Of a stretch of DNA of 64,000 nucleotides, positions 1 to 8,937 are shown piece after piece; the first letter of the stretch is position 1, and the number at the start of each line of letters is the position of its first letter. The DNA comes from an uncultured Chthoniobacterales bacterium (GTDB lineage Bacteria > Verrucomicrobiota > Verrucomicrobiia > Chthoniobacterales > CALDSX01). The notes under the pieces are model-generated. The model was not told where the DNA came from. It ran no database searches and saw nothing but the letters and a program-made list of their open reading frames with translations. Position numbers and translations under genes: made by a program. Location: positions 33,802 through 97,801 of the forward strand of contig CALDSX010000001.1 in assembly GCA_937924445.1 (NCBI GenBank), read 5' to 3'.

Positions 1-2
1 CC

Positions 3-1001
3 TTTTCAGACCGCGCATCGCAAGAAAGAATCACCCCCGTTACAATTCTTACTGGCTTTCTAGGAGCAGGTAAAACGACGTTACTCAAACACCTCCTCGA
101 ACAGCCCTCCGGGCTGCGATTTGGTGTGATCGTCAACGAGGTCGGAGAAATTGATATTGACAGTCGCCTCCTCCGTCGCGAGGAGTCTGAGTTTATTCAA
201 CTGAGCAACGGCTGTGTCTGTTGTTCTCTGCGATTGGGTCTTGCAAAAGCGGTTCTCGATCTTGCAACCCAAAAAGATCCGCACACTGGTGCTGATGTTT
301 TTGATGCCATCCTTGTTGAAACCACCGGCATTGCCGATCCATCGTCAGTCATACAAACTTTCCACAACATTTCTGATCTTCGGCGAGTTGCTCAGATTGA
401 CTCGATTGTCGCTATTGCCGATTGTGAGCATTTGCTCCTCCAACTTGCCGCTGAGGATGTTGCATCTGCCCAGATTGGAATGGCCGACTTCGTTCTGCTT
501 AATAAAACCGACCTCGTCCAGCCTGACACTATTCAAGAAGCGGAAAGTTCCATCCGCACCTTGAACCCCATGGCTGAAGTAATCCGCACCACGTTCAGCC
601 AGGTAGACTGGCGGTGCATCATAGACGCCAATGCCTTTGACATCTCCGCCAGGATCGAAGCCGATCCCCAACTCCTGGACGAGCTGCGCCGTAGCGGACA
701 CACAGACATCTCCTCGGTCTCTTTCCGCTTCGACCGCCCCTTCGATCTCCAAGCTTTAGTGAGATTCATAGATCATATTTCGAAAACTACAAAAATTTAC
801 CGTTCCAAGGGATTTTTGGACATAAAAGGCAAGGATCGGAAGGCCGTTTTTCATGGGGTAAACTCTCGATTCAACGTTCTCTGGGGTGATCTTTGGCCCC
901 AAAAATATCAGCGCACCAGTGAACTGGTTTTTATCGGGCGCGATATTCTCTTAGCACAATTAAAGCAGGGGCTGGAGCGCTGTTTTGCGAGCTCATGTTA
1001 G
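3..1001 (+). CDS. COG0523/CobW-family G3E GTPase (putative metal chaperone); 5' end cut by window edge
   Basis: The frame is open from base 3. Translation reads ITPVTILTGFLGAGKTTLLKHLL (P-loop), then the family CxCC motif (SNGCVCCSL) and a CobW-type C-terminal domain. Stop at 999-1001. Confidence 0.85.
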   Translation, partial: FSDRASQERITPVTILTGFLGAGKTTLLKHLLEQPSGLRFGVIVNEVGEIDIDSRLLRREESEFIQLSNGCVCCSLRLGLAKAVLDLATQKDPHTGADVFDAILVETTGIADPSSVIQTFHNISDLRRVAQIDSIVAIADCEHLLLQLAAEDVASAQIGMADFVLLNKTDLVQPDTIQEAESSIRTLNPMAEVIRTTFSQVDWRCIIDANAFDISARIEADPQLLDELRRSGHTDISSVSFRFDRPFDLQALVRFIDHISKTTKIYRSKGFLDIKGKDRKAVFHGVNSRFNVLWGDLWPQKYQRTSELVFIGRDILLAQLKQGLERCFASSC

Positions 1002-1237
1002 TTGGTGCTCCTTTATTCTTTCGAGGCAGAGCCCCCTGCGTGCGGCATGCCATCTACTTTCTTATAACATGCTCTCTTTAGAAATTCGAACGCCGCATGT
1101 TCGAGTAGATTAGCCGCGTGGTTGGTTTGTCCAGTTCTATCTCTCAATGTTTTCCGGCTTTTGACAACCAATATAGATTCGCTCGGCCTCGGCCAAAAGA
1201 CGGGTGCGGGTGAAGGTTGTCCCAAGAGCAGGCTTTT

Positions 1238-2062
1238 TTAGCGCAGTTGCCTAAAAGCTTCGAGATCTTTCTCCGAGAACCCAGCATAAATGGCTTCAAA
1301 ACCACCCAGGAGCCGGAGGTAGAGAGGCTGGCCTGTCAACGAAACAGCAAAGATAAAATCACCGAGCACACTGTTGTTGCGCTCGCGAACAAGGAAGAGA
1401 TCCAACGGCTTTCCTGAAAGCTCGACCCGTTTCCGCAGAATTCGGAGAGAAGTTGCTCCTTTTTGGGACATGCCCGCCAGCAAGGACCATCCGAAGCGTT
1501 TAACAAGTTCGGCGCGGATGTGGTCGAGCCCTCCGGAGAGCTCAAGACGCGGATTCGACTCCGTTCCTATTCGCACGTAAATGTGATCGGGACGGCTCCC
1601 AAGCTGAGCAGCAAATTCAAGAGGTATGCTTTTTTCGACGAGAAAGATTTCGGCCTGTTTGAACTCATGGGTTGAGGCAGAAAAGAGACCGTTGGCTCGC
1701 AGTGTCCACTGTATGGAATTTTTGAATTCTTCAGGCAGGCTTCCTGAGGCGCTAAGACGCAGCGTCCAGCTCGGCACCTCCCCCCCTGATTGTTCTGCGT
1801 GCACAACTACGTTGCCGAATGGTTTACCTTTGAACTGTAAGATGAGCGAAGATGCCATTTCGTTCGAGAAAATCCTTCTCATCAAAAGAGCCTCTGGCAC
1901 TTCGAACAATGAACCATCCGGATGGAAATGGACAAGCAACAGAAGCGCTGTCGAGAGCGCACAAGAAAGGCCGATAGATAAGGGCAGTAAGATACCCCTT
2001 CCCCATTTGCGTTGGCGGCGAGGAAGCGCAGGAGTCCTGTCTCCGTCGGGAGATTTCATCAA
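1238..2062 (-). CDS. hypothetical membrane-anchored protein
   Basis: 274-aa ORF with one N-terminal hydrophobic segment (ILLPLSIGLSCALSTALLLLV). Its start overlaps the cimA stop by 4 nt (ATGA), which implies co-transcription. I recognise no family. Confidence 0.5.
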   Translation of the reverse strand: MMKSPDGDRTPALPRRQRKWGRGILLPLSIGLSCALSTALLLLVHFHPDGSLFEVPEALLMRRIFSNEMASSLILQFKGKPFGNVVVHAEQSGGEVPSWTLRLSASGSLPEEFKNSIQWTLRANGLFSASTHEFKQAEIFLVEKSIPLEFAAQLGSRPDHIYVRIGTESNPRLELSGGLDHIRAELVKRFGWSLLAGMSQKGATSLRILRKRVELSGKPLDLFLVRERNNSVLGDFIFAVSLTGQPLYLRLLGGFEAIYAGFSEKDLEAFRQLR

Positions 2063-3645
2063 GACTCAATGCCAGAAGAGTTCGCTCCTTGAGAGGAGAG
2101 AATAAAGAATTCAAAGCTATCCACAATCGCCTGCCAACTCGCCTCGATAATGTTGTTGGAGACACCGACAGTGCCCCATGTGCTTTTCCCATCGCCCGAT
2201 ACGATGAGTACGCGCGTCTTTGCGGCTGTGCCGTAACCGCCGTCAATAATACGCACTTTGTAATCTTGGAGTACGATTGCGTCGATCCAGGGATAGAATG
2301 GGCGCAACGCCTTGCGTAGAGCGTTGTCAAGAGCGTTCACAGGACCGTCCCCCTCGGCGACCGTGTGAGCCTCGACGCCATCCACGGACAGTTTGACAAC
2401 TGCCTCGGTGATCTCACGGTTCCCCCCTTTAATGCGCAGAAAATCGCAGTGATATTGGCTGAGTTGAAAGAGCGGCTTATGGAGGCCGAGTATGCGGCGG
2501 ACGAGCAGATCGAATGAGGCCTCTGCCACCTCAAATTCATATCCCTGGTTTTCGAGCTGCTTTACTTCGTCAAGAATCGCTGCGACCTGCGGATCACCTT
2601 TGTCCAGCGTAATTCCGAGTTCTGCAGCTTTGACAAGCACCGTACTTTGGCCGGAGAGCTCTGAGATTAGAATATGTTGGCGGTTACCGACCAGATCCGG
2701 GCGAATATGTTCGTAAGATTGGGCGATTTTCTGAATCGCATTCACATGGAGCCCTCCCTTGTGGGCAAAGGCCGCCTCTCCCACGTAAGGAGCCCGCCGG
2801 TCTGGGAGCACATTGGCAAGCTCATCCACATAAAGAGAGACCTCTCGAAGTTTCTTCAGATCGGGGACCACCGTGATGCCCATCTTCAGTTGAAGATTTG
2901 GAATAACGGTGGTCATGTTACAGTTGCCGACACGTTCTCCATAACCGTTCATTGTTCCCTGTACCTGAACGGCACCAGCTTCGACAGCGACCAGTGCGTT
3001 TGCGACACCGAGACCGCAATCGTTATGCGTGTGGATGCCCACCGGCATTCCAAACGCATCAATTACCGCGCAGGTGATTTCTTTGACCTCGTTAGGCAAA
3101 GAACCGCCGTTGGTGTCGCAGAGCACAAGGATGTCTGCTCCACCCTCCTTGGCCGCAGCGAGTGTTGCAAGGGCATGGTCTCGATCATCCTTAAAACCAT
3201 CAAAAAAGTGCTCTGCATCATAGATAACCTCCTTTCCCTGAGATTTCAAAAAACGGGCAGTATCGCGGATCATCGCCAGGTTTTCGGCGATCGGCACGCG
3301 CAGCACCTCGTCAACGTGTAAACGCCAGCTTTTGCCGACAAAAGTTACAGCGGGCGTCCCGGCCGAAGCGAGCATTCGGACTTGCGGATCATTTTCAACG
3401 GCAACTCCGGCCCGGCGTGTGCTGCCGAAGACGGCGATTTTGGCATGAGTCCAAATTGTATTTTTGGTCTCTTCAAAAAAGCCGGCATCTTTCGGGTTTG
3501 AGCCCGGATAACCAGCTTCAATGTAGTCCACGCCGAAGGCATCGAGCTTTTGCGCAAGGCGAACTTTGTCGAGCAAGCTGAACGAAATGCCTTCCCCCTG
3601 CGTGCCATCGCGGAGGGTAGTGTCGTATATTCTTACTTTCTTCAT
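2059..3645 (-). CDS. cimA: (R)-citramalate synthase / 2-isopropylmalate synthase family (LeuA-related, CimA type)
   Basis: The N-terminus MKKVRIYDTTLRDGTQGEGISF is the HMGL-like aldolase signature. The 528-aa length and C-terminal LeuA-dimer-type domain fit the citramalate synthase subgroup. Confidence 0.8.
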   Translation of the reverse strand: MKKVRIYDTTLRDGTQGEGISFSLLDKVRLAQKLDAFGVDYIEAGYPGSNPKDAGFFEETKNTIWTHAKIAVFGSTRRAGVAVENDPQVRMLASAGTPAVTFVGKSWRLHVDEVLRVPIAENLAMIRDTARFLKSQGKEVIYDAEHFFDGFKDDRDHALATLAAAKEGGADILVLCDTNGGSLPNEVKEITCAVIDAFGMPVGIHTHNDCGLGVANALVAVEAGAVQVQGTMNGYGERVGNCNMTTVIPNLQLKMGITVVPDLKKLREVSLYVDELANVLPDRRAPYVGEAAFAHKGGLHVNAIQKIAQSYEHIRPDLVGNRQHILISELSGQSTVLVKAAELGITLDKGDPQVAAILDEVKQLENQGYEFEVAEASFDLLVRRILGLHKPLFQLSQYHCDFLRIKGGNREITEAVVKLSVDGVEAHTVAEGDGPVNALDNALRKALRPFYPWIDAIVLQDYKVRIIDGGYGTAAKTRVLIVSGDGKSTWGTVGVSNNIIEASWQAIVDSFEFFILSSQGANSSGIES

Positions 3646-3891
3646 GGGCAGCTCGGGTGAATAAGTATTCTAACCCGTGCTGATGCCCCTTTCAAGATGT
3701 GCGTGCAAATGTTTGCGTTCTAAAACAAAAAATGACCCACTCGAGCGCTGTTCAAAAGGTTTTCAGGAGCGCATCCTTCGGGGCGATATAAAAAGGGTTC
3801 CAACTCACTCTGCCAGATCGAGGGGAGCCAGGTTAAAAATCCGCTTGAACTCTGTTTAAAATTGTGGAATAGTTATTGTCTATTTTCTCTT

Positions 3892-4161
3892 ATGGCTAAA
3901 ACTTCATGGATCGAACGCAATAAACGCCGACGCAAAACTGTCGAACAATATGCCGCTTTGCGCGCTGAGCTTAAAGCGAAAGGCGACTACGTCAGCCTCT
4001 CGCAGCTTCCGCGAGATGCCAGTCCGACCCGTTTGGTGAATCGCTGCGAACAGTCCGGCCGACGTCGTGCCTACATGCGTCGCTTCAAGCTCTCCCGTCT
4101 CGCCTTTCGTGAACTTGCCCTGTCTGGAATGATTCCGGGGGTTACAAAATCAAGCTGGTAA
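3892..4161 (+). CDS. rpsN: 30S ribosomal protein S14, long cysteine-less (C-minus) form
   Basis: [28 protein letters not shown]...[27 protein letters not shown] is a typical S14. The track ORF starts at a TTG (3862), but the conserved N-terminus begins at the ATG at 3892 (89 aa). Confidence 0.9.
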   Translation: MAKTSWIERNKRRRKTVEQYAALRAELKAKGDYVSLSQLPRDASPTRLVNRCEQSGRRRAYMRRFKLSRLAFRELALSGMIPGVTKSSW

Positions 4162-4249
4162 GCGCGACCAGCCTTTACGCTTGTGCTGAGTAAGTTGCAG
4201 AGCATGCATCTTCCTTGAATTCTCTGCATAAACGAAGCAACCTGTTCAT

Positions 4250-5206
4250 TTGATGAGCTGGGCACCTAACGGTTTTGCCGGGCAGGTTGCGAGAAAAATC
4301 ACTGATGCTTTCGCTTCCTTTCTCCTGGTGGGCTCGCTCTGGGCTTGGTTTTACCCATCGGCGTTTGTTTGGTTTAAACCATATATCACGACCGGGCTCG
4401 GATTGATCATGCTCGGGATGGGACTCACGCTTTCGCCGGGTGATTTCCGGGCGGGCTTTCATGGTCCGAAGCCTTTTTTCATTGGGGTCGTAGGGCAGTT
4501 TATAATCATGCCTCTTGTCGGATGGTTTGTATCTCAAGCGTTCCGGCTCGATCCTCCTCTGGCTGTGGGACTGATTCTTGTTGCGAGCTGCCCTGGTGGC
4601 ACAGCCTCAAATGTCGTCAGTTTTCTCGCACGCGGCAACGTGCCTTTGTCCGTTGCGATGACTGCTGCCTCAACCGTGGCATCTGTGGCACTAACGCCGT
4701 GGCTCACCGCAGTTTATGCCGGGTCTTATGTCCCAGTACCTGTGGGTGCTATGCTGATGGACATGGTAACTGTCGTATTATTGCCAATTCTGTTAGGGGT
4801 GCTTCTGAATCTCTTCCTACCTAAAGTGACCACTCGGTTGGCGATTTTTTCACCTTGTTTGAGTGTGACTCTTATTGTGCTTATCGTTGGGGCAATTATT
4901 GGAGATCGTCGCGTCGCCATTGCCGCCGCCGGTCCTTCTCTTCTACTAGCCGTCCTCACTCTGCACCTTGTCGGATTTGCCACCGGCTATTTTTGTGCCC
5001 GCATCGCAGGAGTTTCCGTCCAGGATAGCAGGACGATATCTATTGAAATAGGGATGCAAAACTCAGGTCTGGGGGCGAAGCTGGCCAACACCCATTTTGC
5101 CGGGGATCCTCTGTCTGCTGCGCCATCCGCTCTTTCTGCTGTCTTACACAGCCTTGTTGGAAGTTTTCTTGCGGCGTGTTGGCGGCTGCGTCACCCCCTC
5201 CTTTGA
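4250..5206 (+). CDS. bile acid:sodium symporter (BASS) family transporter
   Basis: Polytopic membrane protein with BASS signatures: LILVASCPGGTASNVVSFLARGNVPLSVAMT and IEIGMQNSGLGAKLA. Confidence 0.8.
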   Translation: MMSWAPNGFAGQVARKITDAFASFLLVGSLWAWFYPSAFVWFKPYITTGLGLIMLGMGLTLSPGDFRAGFHGPKPFFIGVVGQFIIMPLVGWFVSQAFRLDPPLAVGLILVASCPGGTASNVVSFLARGNVPLSVAMTAASTVASVALTPWLTAVYAGSYVPVPVGAMLMDMVTVVLLPILLGVLLNLFLPKVTTRLAIFSPCLSVTLIVLIVGAIIGDRRVAIAAAGPSLLLAVLTLHLVGFATGYFCARIAGVSVQDSRTISIEIGMQNSGLGAKLANTHFAGDPLSAAPSALSAVLHSLVGSFLAACWRLRHPLL

Positions 5207-5440
5207 TCTCGTTTCGCCTTTTGAGAGTGTTTGAACCAGAGAATCTCTGAGTGGGATAAAAATGGCAGACGTTGCGGTTTTTTAGCAAAAAAGTTAGGTC
5301 CTGCAGTGCTCTGGTATGAATCCGATGCGACCTTAGAGCTCTAAGGGAGGGGGAAGAGATCATCCCCTACCTCAGAAGGGAACTCCTCTGGGATTCACAA
5401 TTTAGACTATGCTTATTTGCAACCTGGCTGATTGGAATTC

Positions 5441-6484
5441 TCAAACAAGTTGATGTCTAGCGAGATCTTGTGAGTCGACAAGCCCGCGGAATCGCCCCTC
5501 GCTATCCACCGCAATGAGGTCATCAACACGTCGGCGTTCGATAATCGAAAGTATCTCCACCGCTGGTGCGTCGGCGTGTATAGTGATAGGATTTCTGGTC
5601 ATCACATCTTCGAGAAGCCGAGTGCCGACGAGAGAATCTTCCTGGTAGCAGCGCGTAAAATCACCCTGGGTAAAGATGCCGAGCACGAGTCCATCGTTGT
5701 CAGTGATCACAGCAGCACCGCAGCGTTTGTTGGTCATTTCACGAACAGCATCGAGCACAGTCGCTTTTAATGCAAGAACGGGCGCTGAAGAAGGGGGGCG
5801 AGCCACATCACAAACCTTTAGAAGAAGACGCCTCCCCAGACGACCAGATGGATGGAACTTGGCAAAATCTTCATGCTTAAATCCGCGTTGTTCGAGGAGA
5901 ACCATGGCCAGAGCATCGCCCAGAGCAAGCATGGCTGTTGTGCTCGACGTGGGGGCCAAACCGAGGGGACAAGCTTCGCGAGAGACAGAGGTGTCCAGAG
6001 CGACATCACTCCATTGAGCAAGCGTTGAGGAGGATCGTCCTGTCATTGCGATAATTTTGATCGAAAAACGCTTCAGCGCCGGCAAGATCGCAGTGAGCTC
6101 CTCTGTCTCGCCGCTGTAACTGAGAGCCAACACCAGATCGCCGTCAGAGACAATACCAAGATCGCCATGAAGTGCGTGGAGACTATCAAGAACCACCGCA
6201 CGCGAACCCGTGCTTGTGAGTGTCGCTGCAAGTTTCGCTCCGATATGAGCGCTTTTGCCCACTCCAAGCACGACGATCTTCCCCCCCCGGTCGAGCGTTT
6301 CCGCTGCCAAACGCAATGCTTGGAGAAAATCATTTCCTAACCGACTTGCCAATTTCGCAAGCTCTTCTTGTTCGATTTGAATAACCCAGCGGGCGCGTTC
6401 CAACGGTTGCATTGGCATAACGACTCTCTCTGTTTTGTCCATTAAAGGCATCTTAGCAGCGTCGCTGCCATTCGCAAAAAGCAC
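5441..6484 (-). CDS. kpsF: arabinose-5-phosphate isomerase (KpsF/GutQ family; SIS domain plus CBS pair)
   Basis: SIS motif KIVVLGVGKSAHIGAKLAATLTSTGS, followed by two CBS-like repeats. The true start may be the internal MPMQPLE, which would give about 325 aa. Confidence 0.85.
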   Translation of the reverse strand: MLFANGSDAAKMPLMDKTERVVMPMQPLERARWVIQIEQEELAKLASRLGNDFLQALRLAAETLDRGGKIVVLGVGKSAHIGAKLAATLTSTGSRAVVLDSLHALHGDLGIVSDGDLVLALSYSGETEELTAILPALKRFSIKIIAMTGRSSSTLAQWSDVALDTSVSREACPLGLAPTSSTTAMLALGDALAMVLLEQRGFKHEDFAKFHPSGRLGRRLLLKVCDVARPPSSAPVLALKATVLDAVREMTNKRCGAAVITDNDGLVLGIFTQGDFTRCYQEDSLVGTRLLEDVMTRNPITIHADAPAVEILSIIERRRVDDLIAVDSEGRFRGLVDSQDLARHQLV

Positions 6485-6496
6485 CTTGAGTTTTTG

Positions 6497-6527
6497 CTAG
6501 AAAAGCCCGTCTCATTCTAAACGGGAC
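6497..6527 (-). terminator. possible weak intrinsic terminator after the S41-like gene
   Basis: On the minus strand CCCGT-(10 nt)-ACGGG (6506-6525) is followed by CTTTTCT. The stem is short, so confidence is low. Confidence 0.25.
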
Positions 6528-6574
6528 TCTCTTCGATGTTGTTGGAGCAGTAGTCAGCCGCCTCTTTGCTGCAT

Positions 6575-7648
6575 TCAACGCGGTCGGAGAGGATCGAGTG
6601 AGCACACCTGCGCGGCCTCAATAAGATCAAGTGCCGCTTTCAAGGCAGGATCAGCGGCGGGCTGGGATTTTTCCTTGGAGGCATCGCCCTCTCCTCCTCC
6701 TTCGAGAGCCGCTATCTCTGGATTGACTCCAGCGACGAGTGCGGCTTCATTGAACCTTGGGCGCGATTTTTCCTTTGTGAGAGCTTCCAGCCCCTCAACA
6801 TCTGCGCGTTTAAAAAGCTCCGCTTTCGAAAGTTCCGGGCGGGGGGGGGTAATTGTCGCATCAAGAGGAGCCGACAAAAGCTCTCCACTCTCGCCGAGTA
6901 TTGTGAATCTCCCCTGTTGAAACTCGAGGAAAAACCCTTCTCGAATAGGCAGTTGTCCAATCCTTGTAAGACGCCCAGATGTTCTTTCGCCGATCACAAA
7001 AGCGTCGGTTCGCTTGGCGATGGCAATCGCGACGGCTTCCGCTGCGCCTCCGATTTCTCGGTCAGTGAGCAGAAAGATTATCGATGGCTCGCTCAACGGT
7101 TCCCCGGCGGAGCGAAACTCACGCGGTCTCTGGTGCCCGGGGACTTTTGTTAACGCGAAGATTAAGTCACCCCGGTGAAAAAAAGGACTCGCCAGGGAAG
7201 CTGCAAGGTTTGGCTCGGGATCGGGGGCAGCGGCGCGAAAATCCAATATCACCGGAAGCGAAGGCGCGGCGGTTCTCGCTTTGCGAAATTCGGCCAACGC
7301 ATCGCTGAGAGTGGCTGAGCCTGCACGGATCATCGAGCCAGATCGTAGGTAAAGTGCATTCGGGAATTTGTGAAACCGTGCTGGGATTGGTTGAAGAGTT
7401 TTGGAGGAGAGATCCCCGCGCCAGACGAGTCCGTGCTGTGTTTCCAGCAGTCCGGACAAAAGGAGACGGGCCTGTCCCTCCGGCGTGAATATCTCGGAAA
7501 GAGTCTCTTCGGCGCGGAGTCGTTGGAGGGCAGCGTTAATCTCCTCGAGGCTCAGTTGCTCAACACGCAACGGCAGCGCTGACTCGGTCGCACTTGCTGT
7601 TGCGACTGCCAAACAAAAAATTCCGATGGCACAACTGAGAAATCTCAT
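6575..7648 (-). CDS. secreted S41 (C-terminal processing peptidase)-like protein, catalytic dyad apparently substituted
   Basis: Signal peptide MRFLSCAIGIFCLAVATASA. The body aligns by eye to Peptidase_S41 (ILDFRAAAPD ; IIFLLTDREIGGAAEAVAIAIAKRTDAFVIGERTSGRL). The start overlaps the purD stop by 4 nt. Confidence 0.6.
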   Translation of the reverse strand: MRFLSCAIGIFCLAVATASATESALPLRVEQLSLEEINAALQRLRAEETLSEIFTPEGQARLLLSGLLETQHGLVWRGDLSSKTLQPIPARFHKFPNALYLRSGSMIRAGSATLSDALAEFRKARTAAPSLPVILDFRAAAPDPEPNLAASLASPFFHRGDLIFALTKVPGHQRPREFRSAGEPLSEPSIIFLLTDREIGGAAEAVAIAIAKRTDAFVIGERTSGRLTRIGQLPIREGFFLEFQQGRFTILGESGELLSAPLDATITPPRPELSKAELFKRADVEGLEALTKEKSRPRFNEAALVAGVNPEIAALEGGGEGDASKEKSQPAADPALKAALDLIEAAQVCSLDPLRPR

Positions 7649-8937
7649 GGGAGAGGAGCCTCCGCTCGTTTGCCGATATCCTTGCGGTAATACATACCTT
7701 CGAAGCAGATTTTGTCCAGCGCTGCGAGAGCAGTACTTCGAGCATCCTTAATCGTCTGGCCAATTGCCGTAACATTGAGTACACGTCCTCCGGATGTTAC
7801 AAAGCCACCTTCCGCTGTCCGCGCGGTTCCTGCATGAAAAACCACCACTCCATGTGGGGATTCCTCGCCAGGTGAGGGCAGACCGTAGATGGGAAAACCT
7901 TTTTGATAGCTACCGGGATATCCTCTGGATGCCACCACGATGCAACAAGCTGCCCGCGGATCCCATTCCGCCCGGGTTTCATCCAGGCGACCTTCGATTA
8001 CCGCATCCAACAGCTCGCGTAACGGGGAGCGGAGCCGTCGCATGAGCGACTGAGTCTCCGGATCTCCAAAGCGAACGTTAAATTCCAGCACACGAAAACC
8101 CCTCTTTGTCAACATCAACCCGGGAAAGAGCAATCCTCGAAAGTCGAGTCCTTCCGCTTCCAAGCCGCGCGTGAGGGGAGCAAGAAGCTTTTGCCGGACC
8201 TCCTCGCAGAGCGCAGGACCAAAAAAAGCCGGAGGGCTCACTGTTCCCATTCCGCCAGTGTTTGGCCCACGGTCATCTTCAAAGATCTTTTTGTGGTCCA
8301 TCGCCGGTTCAAGCAAAAGATACCGTCCGGCAGAAATCAGTGCGTGAATGGAACATTCGACCCCCTCGAGAAACTCTTCCACCACCACAGACTCGCCTGC
8401 TTTTCCGAAACGGCCCTCTTCGAGTATCGCTGCCAGAGTCTCGTCTGCCTCTGTCTCATTGTGAACAATAACAACCCCTTTCCCGAGAGCGAGACCATCA
8501 GCCTTGATTACACACGGAAATCCGAGTTGACGACTGAAAGCCAAGGCGGCTGGGCGGGAAGAGAAAGTTTCTCCTCGGGCCGTTGGGATTCCGTGTTGCC
8601 GCATAAAATCCTTTGCGAATGATTTGGAAGCCTCGAGTCGAGCGGCGGCTTTTGAGGGGCCAAAGACTCGAAGACCACGCTCGTTGAGAAAATCCACGAT
8701 ACCGGCAGCCAGAGGATCATCTGGACCGACCAACGTCAAATCGGCCTCCAGCTTTACAGCTAATGCCGCCAACTTCTCAAAATTTTCCGTTGGGATGGCA
8801 TGAGCAAACTCGGGAGAAATACCGCCGTTGCCGGGAGCGATGTGAATTTCTGCCATGGAGTTCTCCCTCGCGAGTTTCCAGGCCAGGGCATGTTCCCGGC
8901 CGCCGCTGCCAATGACCAGAATTCGTGTGGGGCGCAT
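7645..8937 (-). CDS. purD: phosphoribosylamine--glycine ligase
   Basis: MRPTRILVIGSGGREHALAWKLA plus an ATP-grasp body; 430 aa. Confidence 0.95.
   Translation of the reverse strand: MRPTRILVIGSGGREHALAWKLARENSMAEIHIAPGNGGISPEFAHAIPTENFEKLAALAVKLEADLTLVGPDDPLAAGIVDFLNERGLRVFGPSKAAARLEASKSFAKDFMRQHGIPTARGETFSSRPAALAFSRQLGFPCVIKADGLALGKGVVIVHNETEADETLAAILEEGRFGKAGESVVVEEFLEGVECSIHALISAGRYLLLEPAMDHKKIFEDDRGPNTGGMGTVSPPAFFGPALCEEVRQKLLAPLTRGLEAEGLDFRGLLFPGLMLTKRGFRVLEFNVRFGDPETQSLMRRLRSPLRELLDAVIEGRLDETRAEWDPRAACCIVVASRGYPGSYQKGFPIYGLPSPGEESPHGVVVFHAGTARTAEGGFVTSGGRVLNVTAIGQTIKDARSTALAALDKICFEGMYYRKDIGKRAEAPLP

Noticed and set aside
1013-1225. 70-aa minus-strand ORF between the COG0523 gene and the 274-aa hypothetical gene
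   Set aside because: It is short, has no recognisable features or coupling signal and could be chance, so I did not call it.
3868-3877. AATAGTTATT quasi-palindrome upstream of rpsN as a Zur box
   Set aside because: It is only a 4-2-4 palindrome in AT-rich DNA and does not match the Zur consensus sequences I remember. I mention it only as something to test.
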